Shown here piece by piece: positions 13,604 to 24,088 of a DNA stretch of 64,000 nt. Numbering within the stretch: position 1 is the first letter of the stretch; every line of letters starts with the position of its first letter. Source of the DNA: Lytechinus pictus (lineage: Eukaryota); contig NC_087255.1 of the NCBI RefSeq assembly GCF_037042905.1, positions 17,236,001 to 17,300,000 of the forward strand. Reading direction: 5' to 3'. Both the position numbers and the translations under genes were made by a program. The notes beneath the pieces are model-generated. The model ran no database searches and had not been told where the DNA came from. It saw only the letters and a program-made list of their open reading frames with translations.

Positions 13604-15397
13604 CAGGGGCTGATCTAGCCTTCGCCAATAGGAGGGGGGGGGGGGTTTATAGCCATATTTTCCCCGATCGGCCGCTCGATGATGATTTTGGTTTCTTTGA
13701 AGGGGTAGTCCTAAAGTCACTTAGCTTTATTCTTATAAATCAACATAAATATATAATATCATAATCCTTATTTATATAATGCGAGCGCGAAGCGCGAGCT
13801 AAATTTTAAAAGGAAATTTTATGTTTTTTTTTCTAAAATTGGAACATTCTGGTCAATGTTTGTTATCATGAGAAAGATGTGTATGCAATTAAATAATTAC
13901 TACGAACGAGAAGCGCGAGCAGAAATTAACTGATGGAAAAGGAACTTGTTAAAGATTGCTTGCAGATAGCCATGAAGACGTTAGATACTTTAAAAATCAT
14001 ATAAAGCGAGTGCGAAGCGCGAGCTGAAACATTTTGAAATTTTTACATAAAGAATGGAAAATTTCAATCAATTTTTGTAATCGTGAACAGGATAGCTATA
14101 TAACTAACCAATTTAAGCGAGCGCGAAGCGCGGGCGGAAAAAATCGAGATTTAGACCTAAAACGGGACACTCTATTCATGTTTTGTAAACCATGAAAAGA
14201 ATGAGTAATATGGGATCTTCCTAACTTGATAATGCGAGCACAAAGCGCGAGCAGAAAATTTTTGATATTGTGATCTGAAACTGGATAATGTTTTAAATAG
14301 AATAAACTATTTGATTTTCCGACGTAAAAAAGAGTCAATTTCTGCTCTATATTTCAAGCACTTTGTGAATTTGTGAGGTGGATATGGATTGCACTTAATG
14401 AAGAGCTGATATGTTCTATTATTACTTTGAGTTTTGACATATATAGGACCGGGACATCCTTAGGACATGTCATCATATGAAAATGATGACTATTTTCCTA
14501 TTCCTCTTGCTAAGCGCGAGACAAAACAAAAGGGACAATTTAATTTCTAAATTAATATCTTACTCATTAATGCCTAATGACGGCACGAAATCTGATGATA
14601 TTATGGTCTGAAAACTGGACATTTCAATTACTTTCGTAGTCATAAATAGGATGCATCAGTTAATATATTTTTAACCATGAATGCGAGCGCAAATCGCGAG
14701 CCAAATTTTTTGATAAACTGTCATTAAATGGGGGCTCCCTGGGTTAATACCCACTATGCATTATATACTGAGTGCCCTCCCCGGGGGTATAGGTTTCTAT
14801 AGGGTTTTTCCTCTTAAGTAGTTTATTTGTATATTCAATATTGAGAAATACATAACTCTCCATTCAAATGCGAGCGCAGCGCTAGCTGATACGTTTTGAC
14901 AATCAGACCTGAAAAGGGATATTTTGAAAACTTTACGGAATACACGAAAATAATAGGTACCTGATATATCAACATTTGCGAGTGCGCAGCGCGAGTAGAA
15001 AATGTTAAAATTCAGACCATAAAACTGACATTTTTACAGAGCACTTTTAAAAAATCAATTTTTAAATCACACAAAACAATGAAAGTTCGATTCCCGAGGT
15101 GAAATATGTTTTGTATATTGACTTCCAAACTTGATATTTAAACTCCATAATTATTGAACAAGATATGAAAAATCACCTAACAGGCAATGCGAGCGCAAAG
15201 CGCGAGGGAAAATTTTATACAGTGACATGAAAGATTCTTTTTATTTTCCAAGTCTTTCCCTCATCTTATTTTATTTACTCGTCTTCCTCCTCTTCTTTTT
15301 ACTCTTCTCTTTCCATCTTTTTTTCTTTCTTTCCTTTTTTTTTCTTGTTCAGCCAGTGGGGGAGGGGCCCTCGGCCCCTCCCCTGGATCCGCCTATG
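13604..15397 (+). mobile_element. Larger hAT-like non-autonomous element with periodic GCGAGCGCGAAGCGCGAGC motifs, nested in the foldback element
   Basis: Imperfect TIR CAGGGGCTGATCT / GGATCCGCCTATG. About 10 copies of the motif are shared with 2922-3778. No exact TSD. Confidence 0.7.
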
Positions 15398-15685
15398 GAA
15401 GAGATATTGTGTCTAGCACCCCCCCCCCATTCTCTCCCCGCTCAAGACCGGATTGAAACCAATGATAATAATATATGAATAAAAATCCAGATTCACAATT
15501 CCAATGGGGAGTGTGTCATTCCCCTTCTGCGTTACAATTTGTCAAGACAGTGGCGGCGGCAGGGAGAACAATTTGGTTTTTTTAAGCAGAAAGCTGTGAT
15601 GATAGGGGAGAATGAAATAAATAGATAAAAATAATAAGAACAAAACAACAACAAAACAATTTGTAAGATGTTCATGCAATTGTAT

Positions 15686-16090
15686 TATCGGAGCACATGA
15701 CGGCGGAGCAATAGACTGCGGATCAATTGTCGTGAAGCAAATGTCGTATAATTGGAGCAATTTTCGGCGGAGCAATTATCGGCGGAGCAATTATCGGCGG
15801 AGCAAATATCGGCGGAGCAATTGTCGCGGAGCAATTGTCGTAAAATCGGAGCAGATGTCGGCGGAGCAATTATCGGCGGAGCAACTGTCGGCGGAGCAAA
15901 TATCGGCGGAGCAGATGTCGACGGAGCAAATATCGGCGGAGCAAGTGTCGACGGAGCAAATATCGGCGGAGCAAGTGTCGACGGAGCAACTGTCGGCGGA
16001 GCAACTGTCCGGAGCAATTGTCGGCGGAGCAGTTGTCGTATTTTGCGTAGCAATTGTCGGCGGAGCAGATGTCGGCGGAGCAATTGTCAT
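15686..16090 (-). repeat. Right arm: same 15-bp tandem array in inverted orientation
   Basis: Units read TCGGCGGAGCAA..; the variant GTCGTATTTTGCGTAGC (16035-16051) is the reverse complement of the left-arm variant. Confidence 0.95.
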
Positions 16091-16211
16091 GGAACCTCGC
16101 CAGCATGTTGCTCATCTAAACATTGTCCTTGGATTATTTTTCATACGGTGTCTAGATGACTTTCATATTGATGAAGGGTCAAGATGATTTTACAGAGTTA
16201 CACTATACATA

Positions 16212-16755
16212 CTCTCTAAATGCAAATGAGCTAATATGATCCCTAATCGTACTCTTCTCAGAGTGAGATGAGGGACCAGTCCTGATGGGGTGAGATTTCG
16301 GTCTTTCAGGAGCGAATTCTCAACCCCTATTGAAGTGAGAGTGTAAAAGGATGCACACATTTACTCCCCCAAAAAGGTTGAAACGCACTCATGAAAGACT
16401 GAAATCTTACTCCATCAAGACTGGTCCCTCACCTCACTCTGAGGGGAGTGTAATTAGGGGCCAGTGTCTGACTTTGAAACAGAGGGTCGTGGATTCGAAT
16501 TCCAGCCATGGCGTAATTTCCTTCAGCAAGAAACTCATCCACATTGTGCTGTACTCAACCCAGGTGAGGTGAATGGGTACCTGATAGGAAGAAAATCCTT
16601 TAATGCTTGAGCGCCTAGGCAGCTCAGCTAAAGCCGGGGTAATAATAATAGCAGGGCCCGCTGGTAGAATAGTTTTCGAAACTGAAGTGGCTATATATTG
16701 TTATTATTATTATTATATTATCATATTATAGATTGGCTCCTTTGCATTTAAAGAG
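16212..16755. mobile_element. Palindromic MITE (TA-flanked) interrupted by a SINE
   Basis: Arms CTCTCTAAATGCAAA..GAGTGAGATGAGGGACCAGTC / GACTGGTCCCTCACCTCACTC..TTTGCATTTAAAGAG. The right arm is split by 16460-16720. Confidence 0.7.
16460..16720 (+). mobile_element. 5'-truncated tRNA-derived SINE with a Deu/Nin-like core
   Basis: B-box-like GGATTCGAATTCC (16491-16503), core ACTCAACCCAGGTGAGGTGAATGGGTACC, a LINE-like 3' segment and an (ATT)n tail. Confidence 0.75.
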
Positions 16756-17439
16756 TACTTCTTTTTTAATACTCCTTCTTCCTTTCACCACTTTTTCATT
16801 ACTTATGGCGGTCGCCTTTGCCCACGTGACACCTCTCTTGACCAATTGACTATTTGGCTGTTTATCATCCCCTGTTGAAATTCCATGATATGTTTGGTAA
16901 TGCTCACAGAGTTAAAGTTATAAATAGATAACTCACGAGAAACTCTCACCAAACACTATTAAGATCTTCTTTGATTGTTTATGCTTTTGAATAAAGCAAA
17001 ACCGACCTGACGTCAGTGGAGATTCCTCTTCAATTCAATCGCAAATATACAATTGTAGCTATACTTAGGAGAAGAAACTTTATCAGAAGAATGGATCTTA
17101 TCAATATTTGACTCTAAGCTACCATTACGCCGCCTTATCTTCAAAGGGAAATTTAACGGATCTATAATACTTCAGAGATAAGATAGTCATCTCTTTCTAA
17201 GAACCAATGAAGATAGGCAGATTAAGGAGTCTTCGGCAATAATCACCACCTTAGTCATGTTAGTATTCCGATCGTTTCAATTAGAGAGCGCTACGAGCTT
17301 TATAAACATATCTCAGGAAAAATCGTGAATACCCTGGGTACTAATTTGTTTCAAAAGCTAACTAACTTCTGGAAGAATTATTAGTAATCCCTTTCACTCC
17401 TTAGCACTTTTGCAGCGTAAAGCATGGATTTACAATCGA

Positions 17440-17850
17440 GAGGTTTTTTTTTCAAATTAACGCTCTCATATCATTCCCATCTTGAATTCGCTGCATTGGC
17501 TCCCGATAAAAAATCGGATTATATTTAAAATTTTGTTTCTTGCTTTTCATAGCATTTACGGATCAGCACTACAATAAAGTATTTCCTTTATCAATTACTT
17601 CAGACCAAGTAGGTCTTTGCGCCCATCCACTTCTGGCTACCTAGTTATTCCAAAAGATTCAAAAACTTGGGGGAAAGCTCATTCGATATGCGTGCCCCAC
17701 TTTGTGGAATAACCTCCCTGAAGACATTAAAAAATGCACCTTCTGTCGAGACTTTTAAATCTTCTGAAAACTATTTTATTAAACTATTAGCTCTTTATGG
17801 GTCTTGAGCACTCTACAGAGTGGATTTACAAATCACATTATTATAGATTT
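17440..17850 (+). pseudogene. Decayed L2-type LINE 3' fragment
   Basis: Translates in pieces to SLHWLPIKNRIIFKIL and APLWNNLPEDIK-like L2 C-terminal motifs. Confidence 0.75.
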
Positions 17851-20109
17851 ACAAGTCACATGATTATTTTTATGATTATATCGTATAAGCTGTCCACTCG
17901 AAATAATTGTAAATAGATTGAATCTTTCAACATAGAGCATTATCATTATTTTTTTCAAATATTCTTTAAGTTGCTACATATTCAAACACAGAACATTGAG
18001 CGGAAAATCATTTTCCATTTTGAAACTCAAAACAAATTTAAGATTAAGAATTTTCGGTCATAATGGTTAGGATTAAATGAAAGAATTATAAAAGTTGTAA
18101 CAAAACAAATGTTCTTATGTGTAGGTCATTCATGTTTTGGACCTTTTAAAATGATTTTAGTAAGGGGGGCCTAATCAAAAGAGCAAAGTCGAAAAGTCGA
18201 TGGCTACCTAACGGCTCAAGTCGTCATGGGAAGTATGTTGCTAATTAAAAAACAAAATTAATGCTCTTTCTGGTTATACTTTTTCGCCCCCGAAAACCAT
18301 GAACATAAAGTGTTTATAATTAGGGGTCTTACGGACCATGCTCTTCTCTTTGAATCCTTAACAATACTTGAATGCAGATATCTTACTTATAAGAGCTGTC
18401 TCGAAAATGAAAACGTCTTGATTGAAAATGCTTAGAACAATTTCGTCACAGAGTTCGAACAAATCAATTAAATGAAATTGAGCTGGACCACTTATATCCT
18501 ACATTTAGCATCTTGAAAATAACGCTGATAAATGAATGAAAGTTGGTCATCGATATATGAATTATTTAAAAGACGATTAAACATACAAGTGTAACATGTA
18601 TAATAATAACAAAATGCCACTGAAGCCACTCATTTTATCATTATCATTCCTACTGGAATTAATGCCAAGAAAAATAATAAGATATGATTCTTATAAAACA
18701 GATATTTTCCACAACAAAACCCAAGTGAGCCTCAGACGATTCCAAATCAATGGACTCTATCAAACCACAAATGAAATTAGGGGCAAAGCGCGCCCTCGCA
18801 CTGATATTCCCGCCATTTTTTCCCCGCGAGATCTCCTGATGATCGTGAACTTTACTTGACTTGCGCACTAATGGAACCCTCTTCCCCGTTCCACCGTGGC
18901 GTGTGTAGAGAGGGTCTTATTTTTTGTTTACCTGGAACCAGGTGTATTGACACAAAAATCTTAAGCCTAAATTAGAAACAAGATAAGGAGCTAGAATGGA
19001 AAGGGAACAGATCGTCTGATGGTGCTATAGAAAGATATTTCAAGAATCTGACTTGGTGGTAATGAGGAAAGGGCTATACAGTCTTGATTTAAAAATAAGA
19101 AAAAAAGAAAAAAATCTAAGATGCAATTTTAGGTAGCAGTCTCGTGTAAAGAAATTTTGTAAGTAATGGATTTTTTTTTTCAAATATGCAGTGTTTCTAA
19201 TTTCTGGCAAGAAGCATCTCTCTCGATACTTTCCAGAGTGCTGAAATCATTTCCTCGGAAATAATGTTTGTTAATACTTTCAAAACAATGAATGTATTCT
19301 TTAATGTGTGGCGACTAGCCTGTTTTGCAGCATTTGAATAAAAAGAAATATACATCCCCCGCAGCTTCGTAAGAGATATAAAAAATAATAATAATACAGG
19401 GACACGCATCATACACATATGTTTAAGAAGAGTATCAATATCACGAGGTAAGTCCTCAAATAAAAAAAAATTGGCAATCAATCGAAAAATTAAAAATGAA
19501 AATACTGTTCATTAACCTATCTGAATTTATAATCCAAATATATATGATTGATAATCATTTTACGTTATCTGGCTATGCTCAATTAATCTTAAGCATAGTA
19601 TTATACTGTCACACTATGACAGAACAAAATCACTCAACACCCTGGATCGGATTGTGAATCTCTTCGCCGGGTTATTGATGATTCATGACGCTTATGAAAA
19701 TGAGATATCGACCATAGGAATAATATCCTTTCATTTCGTTACGTAATATGTCGTAGCAAACGTCATCATCATTATCGTGAATTCATGAGGATTACAAAAA
19801 AGCAACAAAATGCAATTAGCGTGATTAGTGGGAATAAACAGGATACAAGGATTTAAGTACACTCAATTTCAAATAATTTTGATTTTTTTTTGTGAGGTTG
19901 ACATTAATAAAAAAAAAATCAGCAGCATAAGTGCTCGCTGTATAGACCTACATCTACCTGTCATAAGTGTAGCAATGTTTTTCCTACTGGATATAATTGT
20001 GCATGCAACCCTACTGATGTTTATATTTCATAGTCATAATCGTTGTAGACGAAACCCAAGGGTGTGTGTAGATATGTAGACACCGTCAAGTATATCAAAA
20101 TAAACTAAA

Positions 20110-23100
20110 TTAGAGGGCGCTGTTTCCCTAGCGCAGAGAGCAATTTGTGTTGCTGAAATTTCTCTTCTTTCGTAGACGACTAAGAAAAGTTATTCTTTCA
20201 GGTACTAGTAAGTCTCGTTGCATGTGAATCTGTAATTATTATGAACTGACTTTTGTGCAATATTGAACTATGGCTTTTGGTGTATTTTCAAGTTTCATGA
20301 AACTCTGGATGCTTTTCATTTGTGTTGTTACCACGTATACCTGTTTGCAGTGTGTTAAACCGAAGAGTATTATCTTCTCAAACGACTTTGAACTTGGAAG
20401 AAGGTCGTTTGGTCAAACTGAGGATAAAATGACCACTCTAATCGAGCAACGGACAATAGACTTACCTCGGCGCCTCACGTACTCAGTGAATGATCTTTAT
20501 AGGTTACGTAACAAACAAAAGGTGCCGTTGCCATCACAAACGAAGTTGGTTGCTAAGCAGTACGGGATTACGAGAACTCGAGGATGCAGAGGGGGCTCTC
20601 GTAAACTGCGAAAAATACCCGTTCGCGTAAATTATCGAAACGATGGACTAAGAGATCCCTCCCAAAAGAGATCATCTATTGATCGATCGAACTTGATATC
20701 CATCTCACCCTTACATGTGACAAATGAGAAAGAGAAGAAACATAAAAAATACGATTTCCCCCGTATTTTCATGTCTAATCTCAGGTCTCTATCGAACAAG
20801 TTTGACGAATTTGAAACTTTGATCCAAATAAACAAACTGGAAGTGTGCGCCATTACCGAGACATGGTTCACAGCGGATACAGCAAACTCTTTCAATGTGG
20901 ATGGATTCTTACATTTCTCAAAATGCCGTACTAATCGCAAAGGAGGGGGTGTCTCTCTGTACATTAGTGACGGCATGCAGCCGAGAACTGTTTCCATACC
21001 CGTCCCAGAAGACTTAGAGGTTGTGTGGTGTAAAATCCGCCCTTTTCGGCTTCCAAGAGATGTTTCTGAAGTGTATCTCGCTGCTGTATATTCACCTCCC
21101 AACAATGACAAAGAGCAAGAGCTCGTTGATCACATCATCAGCACTATTGACGAGTTGACATCTCATCATCCAGATGCCGGTTTTGCTATCATGGGCGATT
21201 TTAACCGACTTAATACGGATGTGATCTGCTCCAACACGAGTCTTGTCCAGGTTGTTAATTCACCAACGAGGGATGAAGCTATACTCGACAAGGTACTGAC
21301 GAATATGACGAAGTTCTACGATTCACCAGTGATTACCTCACCTGTTGGCATGAGCGACCATAATTCTATCATTTGGACACCATCGTCAACAAGTGAATAT
21401 ATGCCAAACAAAATGTCCATACGTGTTGTCAGACCAATGCGTGACTCCGATCTGACATCTTTTGGCCAGTGGATATCGTCGAATGACTGGTCATGTGTTA
21501 CAGACGCCTTGACAGCATCAGAAAAATGTGAGGCCTTTTACTCATCTCTCTTTTCAGCCATGGATGCTTACATGCCCTCAAAGACGGTAAAGATTCATGT
21601 CAGGGATAAACCTTGGGTTACACCCGAGATCAAGTCCCTCATAACAAGACGTCAGCACCTTTTTGCTAGTGGCCCGGAGAAAGACTGGAAAGCCTGCAGA
21701 AACAGAGTCATAAGATCCATCAAAGTAGCAAAGGCTCGTTTCTACCATGATCGTATTGCCCAACTTAAGACAGATGACCCTGCTTCTTGGTATAGGCATA
21801 TCAAGGTCATGACCTCCCAACAAAAGTCCAGTCAAATAATTCAAGCTCCAGGGATTCATCAGCTGGAAACTGTAAAGGTAGCTAACGCCATCAACAGGCA
21901 CTTTTCTCAAGTTGCTGCTGACATTCCTCAACTGGATTTTTCGAAATTACCAACCTTCCTCCCATCACAAACGGCGCCCCCTGTTGTCCAACCGTGGGAA
22001 GTGTATCGTGAACTTAAACGTATCAAACCAGGAAAGTCGTCAGGTCCAGATGGAATTCCTGCAAGATTGATCAAGATGTTTGCCTGTGAACTCAGTTCTC
22101 CATTATGCAGCATCCTGAACAGTTCGTATGCGGAGGGTGTAGTGCCTACTAGATGGAAACAGGCAATAGTAGTGCCAGTTCCTAAAGAACAACCTGCCAG
22201 AATCGACAAGCTGAGACCCATAGCTCTCACCGACCACTTCGCGAAGGTTGCAGAATTGTTCATCACGAAGTGGCTAATGACTGATATATCACCGGTCCTT
22301 GATGTGAAACAGTTTGGAAGTAGGCCAGGTAGATCAACAACCCACTGTCTTGTTGACATTTTGAACTTCCTAGCCAAACATACCGATAAGTTATCAACTT
22401 CTGTTACACTAGTCACAACCGACTTTTCAAAGGCTTTTGACCGAGTAGACCATTCTATCGTCATTTCGAAGCTTATTGATCTCTGTTGTCGTCCATGTAT
22501 CATCCCATGGATCATAGACTTCCTCACTGGTCGTACCCAGTGCGTCCGCTACCAAGGTGTCATATCAGACATTACTCCTATGAGCGCAGGTGTACCACAA
22601 GGTACACGGCTTGGCCCGGTGCTCTTCCTAGTTCTTATCAACGATGCTCTAGCATCATCCAAAATGGAGTTATGGAAATATGTAGATGATATGACACTAG
22701 GTGAAGTGAAAACGAGGGGTGCAGCCAGTGAGGTACAAGACACACTTGATGAGCTAAATGTATGGTGTAATACAAATAAAATGAACTTGAATGCCAGTAA
22801 ATGTCAAGTGATGAGAGTGGACTTTGGGAAGAATCCACCCCCACCACTGATTGTTGAAATAGGCAACCAGACCCTGAACGAAGTAAATGTGATGAAAATA
22901 CTTGGTATCCTTATCCAATCAGACCTGAAATGGAATGACCACATTAGTTCAATGATAGCTAAGGCTAACAGGCGAATTTACATGTTGAGGCAGCTCAGAC
23001 CTTTTAAACTCCAACAGGGTGATCTACTGACCATTTATACTGGTTACGTGAGGCCTTTGGTGGAGTATGCTGTGCCAGTTTGGCACCCAGGTCTGACTAC

Positions 23101-24088
23101 CCAACAGCGAGCACAAATCGAAAGAATACAGAAACGATCTCTCCGAATTATTCTTGGCCCACTGTACATCACCTATGAGAATGCCCTACAAATCACAAAC
23201 CTGAAATCACTCGAATTAAGACGACGGGACTTGTGTATCAAATTTGCCAAGTCCCTACAAAACTCACCCACCTTCAGATCCTGGTTGCCTAATCCTAGAC
23301 TAAACACAAAATCACTCCGAAGAATTGCTCCCTACGATCAGATTAAATGCAGAACACAAAGGTACAAACTTAGTCCAATCCCATATCTAATTAGCTTATT
23401 GAATGAATCCTAGATAAAAAAGACAATCAGTTTGTTGTGATCTGTATTATGACCTCTTCCTAAATCCTATTTTTTTTTCATATCTCCTCTCTCTCTCTCT
23501 CTTTCTTCTTTTTCTTTCTCACCCTCCATCTCCATCTCTTTCTCTTTCTCTCGCTCTCTTTCCCTTCATCCATCATTCTCTCCAATTCTTTCTCTATCTC
23601 ACCATGCAATGTGACTTATTATTATTATTGAATTAGAATAATCAGCGACTACCTGTAATGTTTCAGTAAAACGAAATAAGTATACAAAACTCTCTGTATA
23701 TAAAACTTTATTCTAATTATTTACCCATTGTTACCCACTTCCATTTCTCCTTATACTCTGAATACGTTACTAATTCGAAATATCGATATTCTCAAGTCAA
23801 ATTTATCCAATCCAATTCACTTACATCATAAATCCTTCCAATCCACTTTCTCGTATACATGTACTATATCTTAAGCAAATTTTGAAACCTCTGCAATTAC
23901 TTATATTTGAAAATATTATGTTGATTCATATTAACCCCCAAAGTACATTTTTTCATGCTTTGTGTATTTTTATAATTCTATTTTGATACTGTTATGTTTT
24001 ATGTTGTTTTTTAATGTAAAAGTTCTGTACAATTCAGCTCTTGCTGCGAACAGTCTTTGAATAAAATACCATTATTATTATTATTATT
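20110..24088 (+). mobile_element. Near full-length CR1/L2-group LINE (5' boundary approximate)
   Basis: The ORF is followed by a ~650-bp 3' UTR with a CT-rich tract, a small hairpin CAGC-TCTT-GCTG (24035-24046), AATAAA and an (ATT)6 tail (24071-24088). The 5' end and TSD are not clearly resolved. Confidence 0.85.
20270..23413 (+). CDS. Non-LTR retrotransposon polyprotein (APE endonuclease + reverse transcriptase), CR1/L2 group, intact
   Basis: 1047-aa uninterrupted ORF. APE motifs: SNLRSL, ITETWF, GGGV, AVYSPP, GDFN, ILD, SDH. RT motifs: SGPDGI, LRPIAL, QFG, DFSKAFD, GVPQGTRLGP, YVDD, ILG. The C-terminus (IERIQKRSLRII...LELRRRDLC...RTQRYKLSPIP) is typical of CR1-like LINEs. Confidence 0.96.
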   Translation: MAFGVFSSFMKLWMLFICVVTTYTCLQCVKPKSIIFSNDFELGRRSFGQTEDKMTTLIEQRTIDLPRRLTYSVNDLYRLRNKQKVPLPSQTKLVAKQYGITRTRGCRGGSRKLRKIPVRVNYRNDGLRDPSQKRSSIDRSNLISISPLHVTNEKEKKHKKYDFPRIFMSNLRSLSNKFDEFETLIQINKLEVCAITETWFTADTANSFNVDGFLHFSKCRTNRKGGGVSLYISDGMQPRTVSIPVPEDLEVVWCKIRPFRLPRDVSEVYLAAVYSPPNNDKEQELVDHIISTIDELTSHHPDAGFAIMGDFNRLNTDVICSNTSLVQVVNSPTRDEAILDKVLTNMTKFYDSPVITSPVGMSDHNSIIWTPSSTSEYMPNKMSIRVVRPMRDSDLTSFGQWISSNDWSCVTDALTASEKCEAFYSSLFSAMDAYMPSKTVKIHVRDKPWVTPEIKSLITRRQHLFASGPEKDWKACRNRVIRSIKVAKARFYHDRIAQLKTDDPASWYRHIKVMTSQQKSSQIIQAPGIHQLETVKVANAINRHFSQVAADIPQLDFSKLPTFLPSQTAPPVVQPWEVYRELKRIKPGKSSGPDGIPARLIKMFACELSSPLCSILNSSYAEGVVPTRWKQAIVVPVPKEQPARIDKLRPIALTDHFAKVAELFITKWLMTDISPVLDVKQFGSRPGRSTTHCLVDILNFLAKHTDKLSTSVTLVTTDFSKAFDRVDHSIVISKLIDLCCRPCIIPWIIDFLTGRTQCVRYQGVISDITPMSAGVPQGTRLGPVLFLVLINDALASSKMELWKYVDDMTLGEVKTRGAASEVQDTLDELNVWCNTNKMNLNASKCQVMRVDFGKNPPPPLIVEIGNQTLNEVNVMKILGILIQSDLKWNDHISSMIAKANRRIYMLRQLRPFKLQQGDLLTIYTGYVRPLVEYAVPVWHPGLTTQQRAQIERIQKRSLRIILGPLYITYENALQITNLKSLELRRRDLCIKFAKSLQNSPTFRSWLPNPRLNTKSLRRIAPYDQIKCRTQRYKLSPIPYLISLLNES

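Larger units (their letters stand above)
11846..16096. mobile_element. TU-like foldback DNA transposon with long inverted arms of 15-bp units, non-autonomous
   Basis: Perfect 8-bp TSD TCGCCAGC (11838-11845, 16097-16104). Termini are GGT...ACC. The two arms are reverse complements with the same order of variant units. There is no transposase ORF inside. Confidence 0.9.

Noticed and set aside
11818-16187. Many overlapping repetitive ORFs (SAEQ, GGA, APP, RRS pentapeptides)
   Set aside because: These are by-products of a 15-bp unit that is largely stop-free in all frames on both strands. They lie within the transposon arms.
19880-19891. TGATTTTTTT as a possible TSD of the LINE (matches 24091-24100)
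   Set aside because: A low-complexity match in AT-rich DNA is not sufficient to fix the 5' end.
20632-22847. Antisense and alternative-frame ORFs within the LINE
   Set aside because: These are shadow ORFs of the RT coding sequence with no recognisable motifs.
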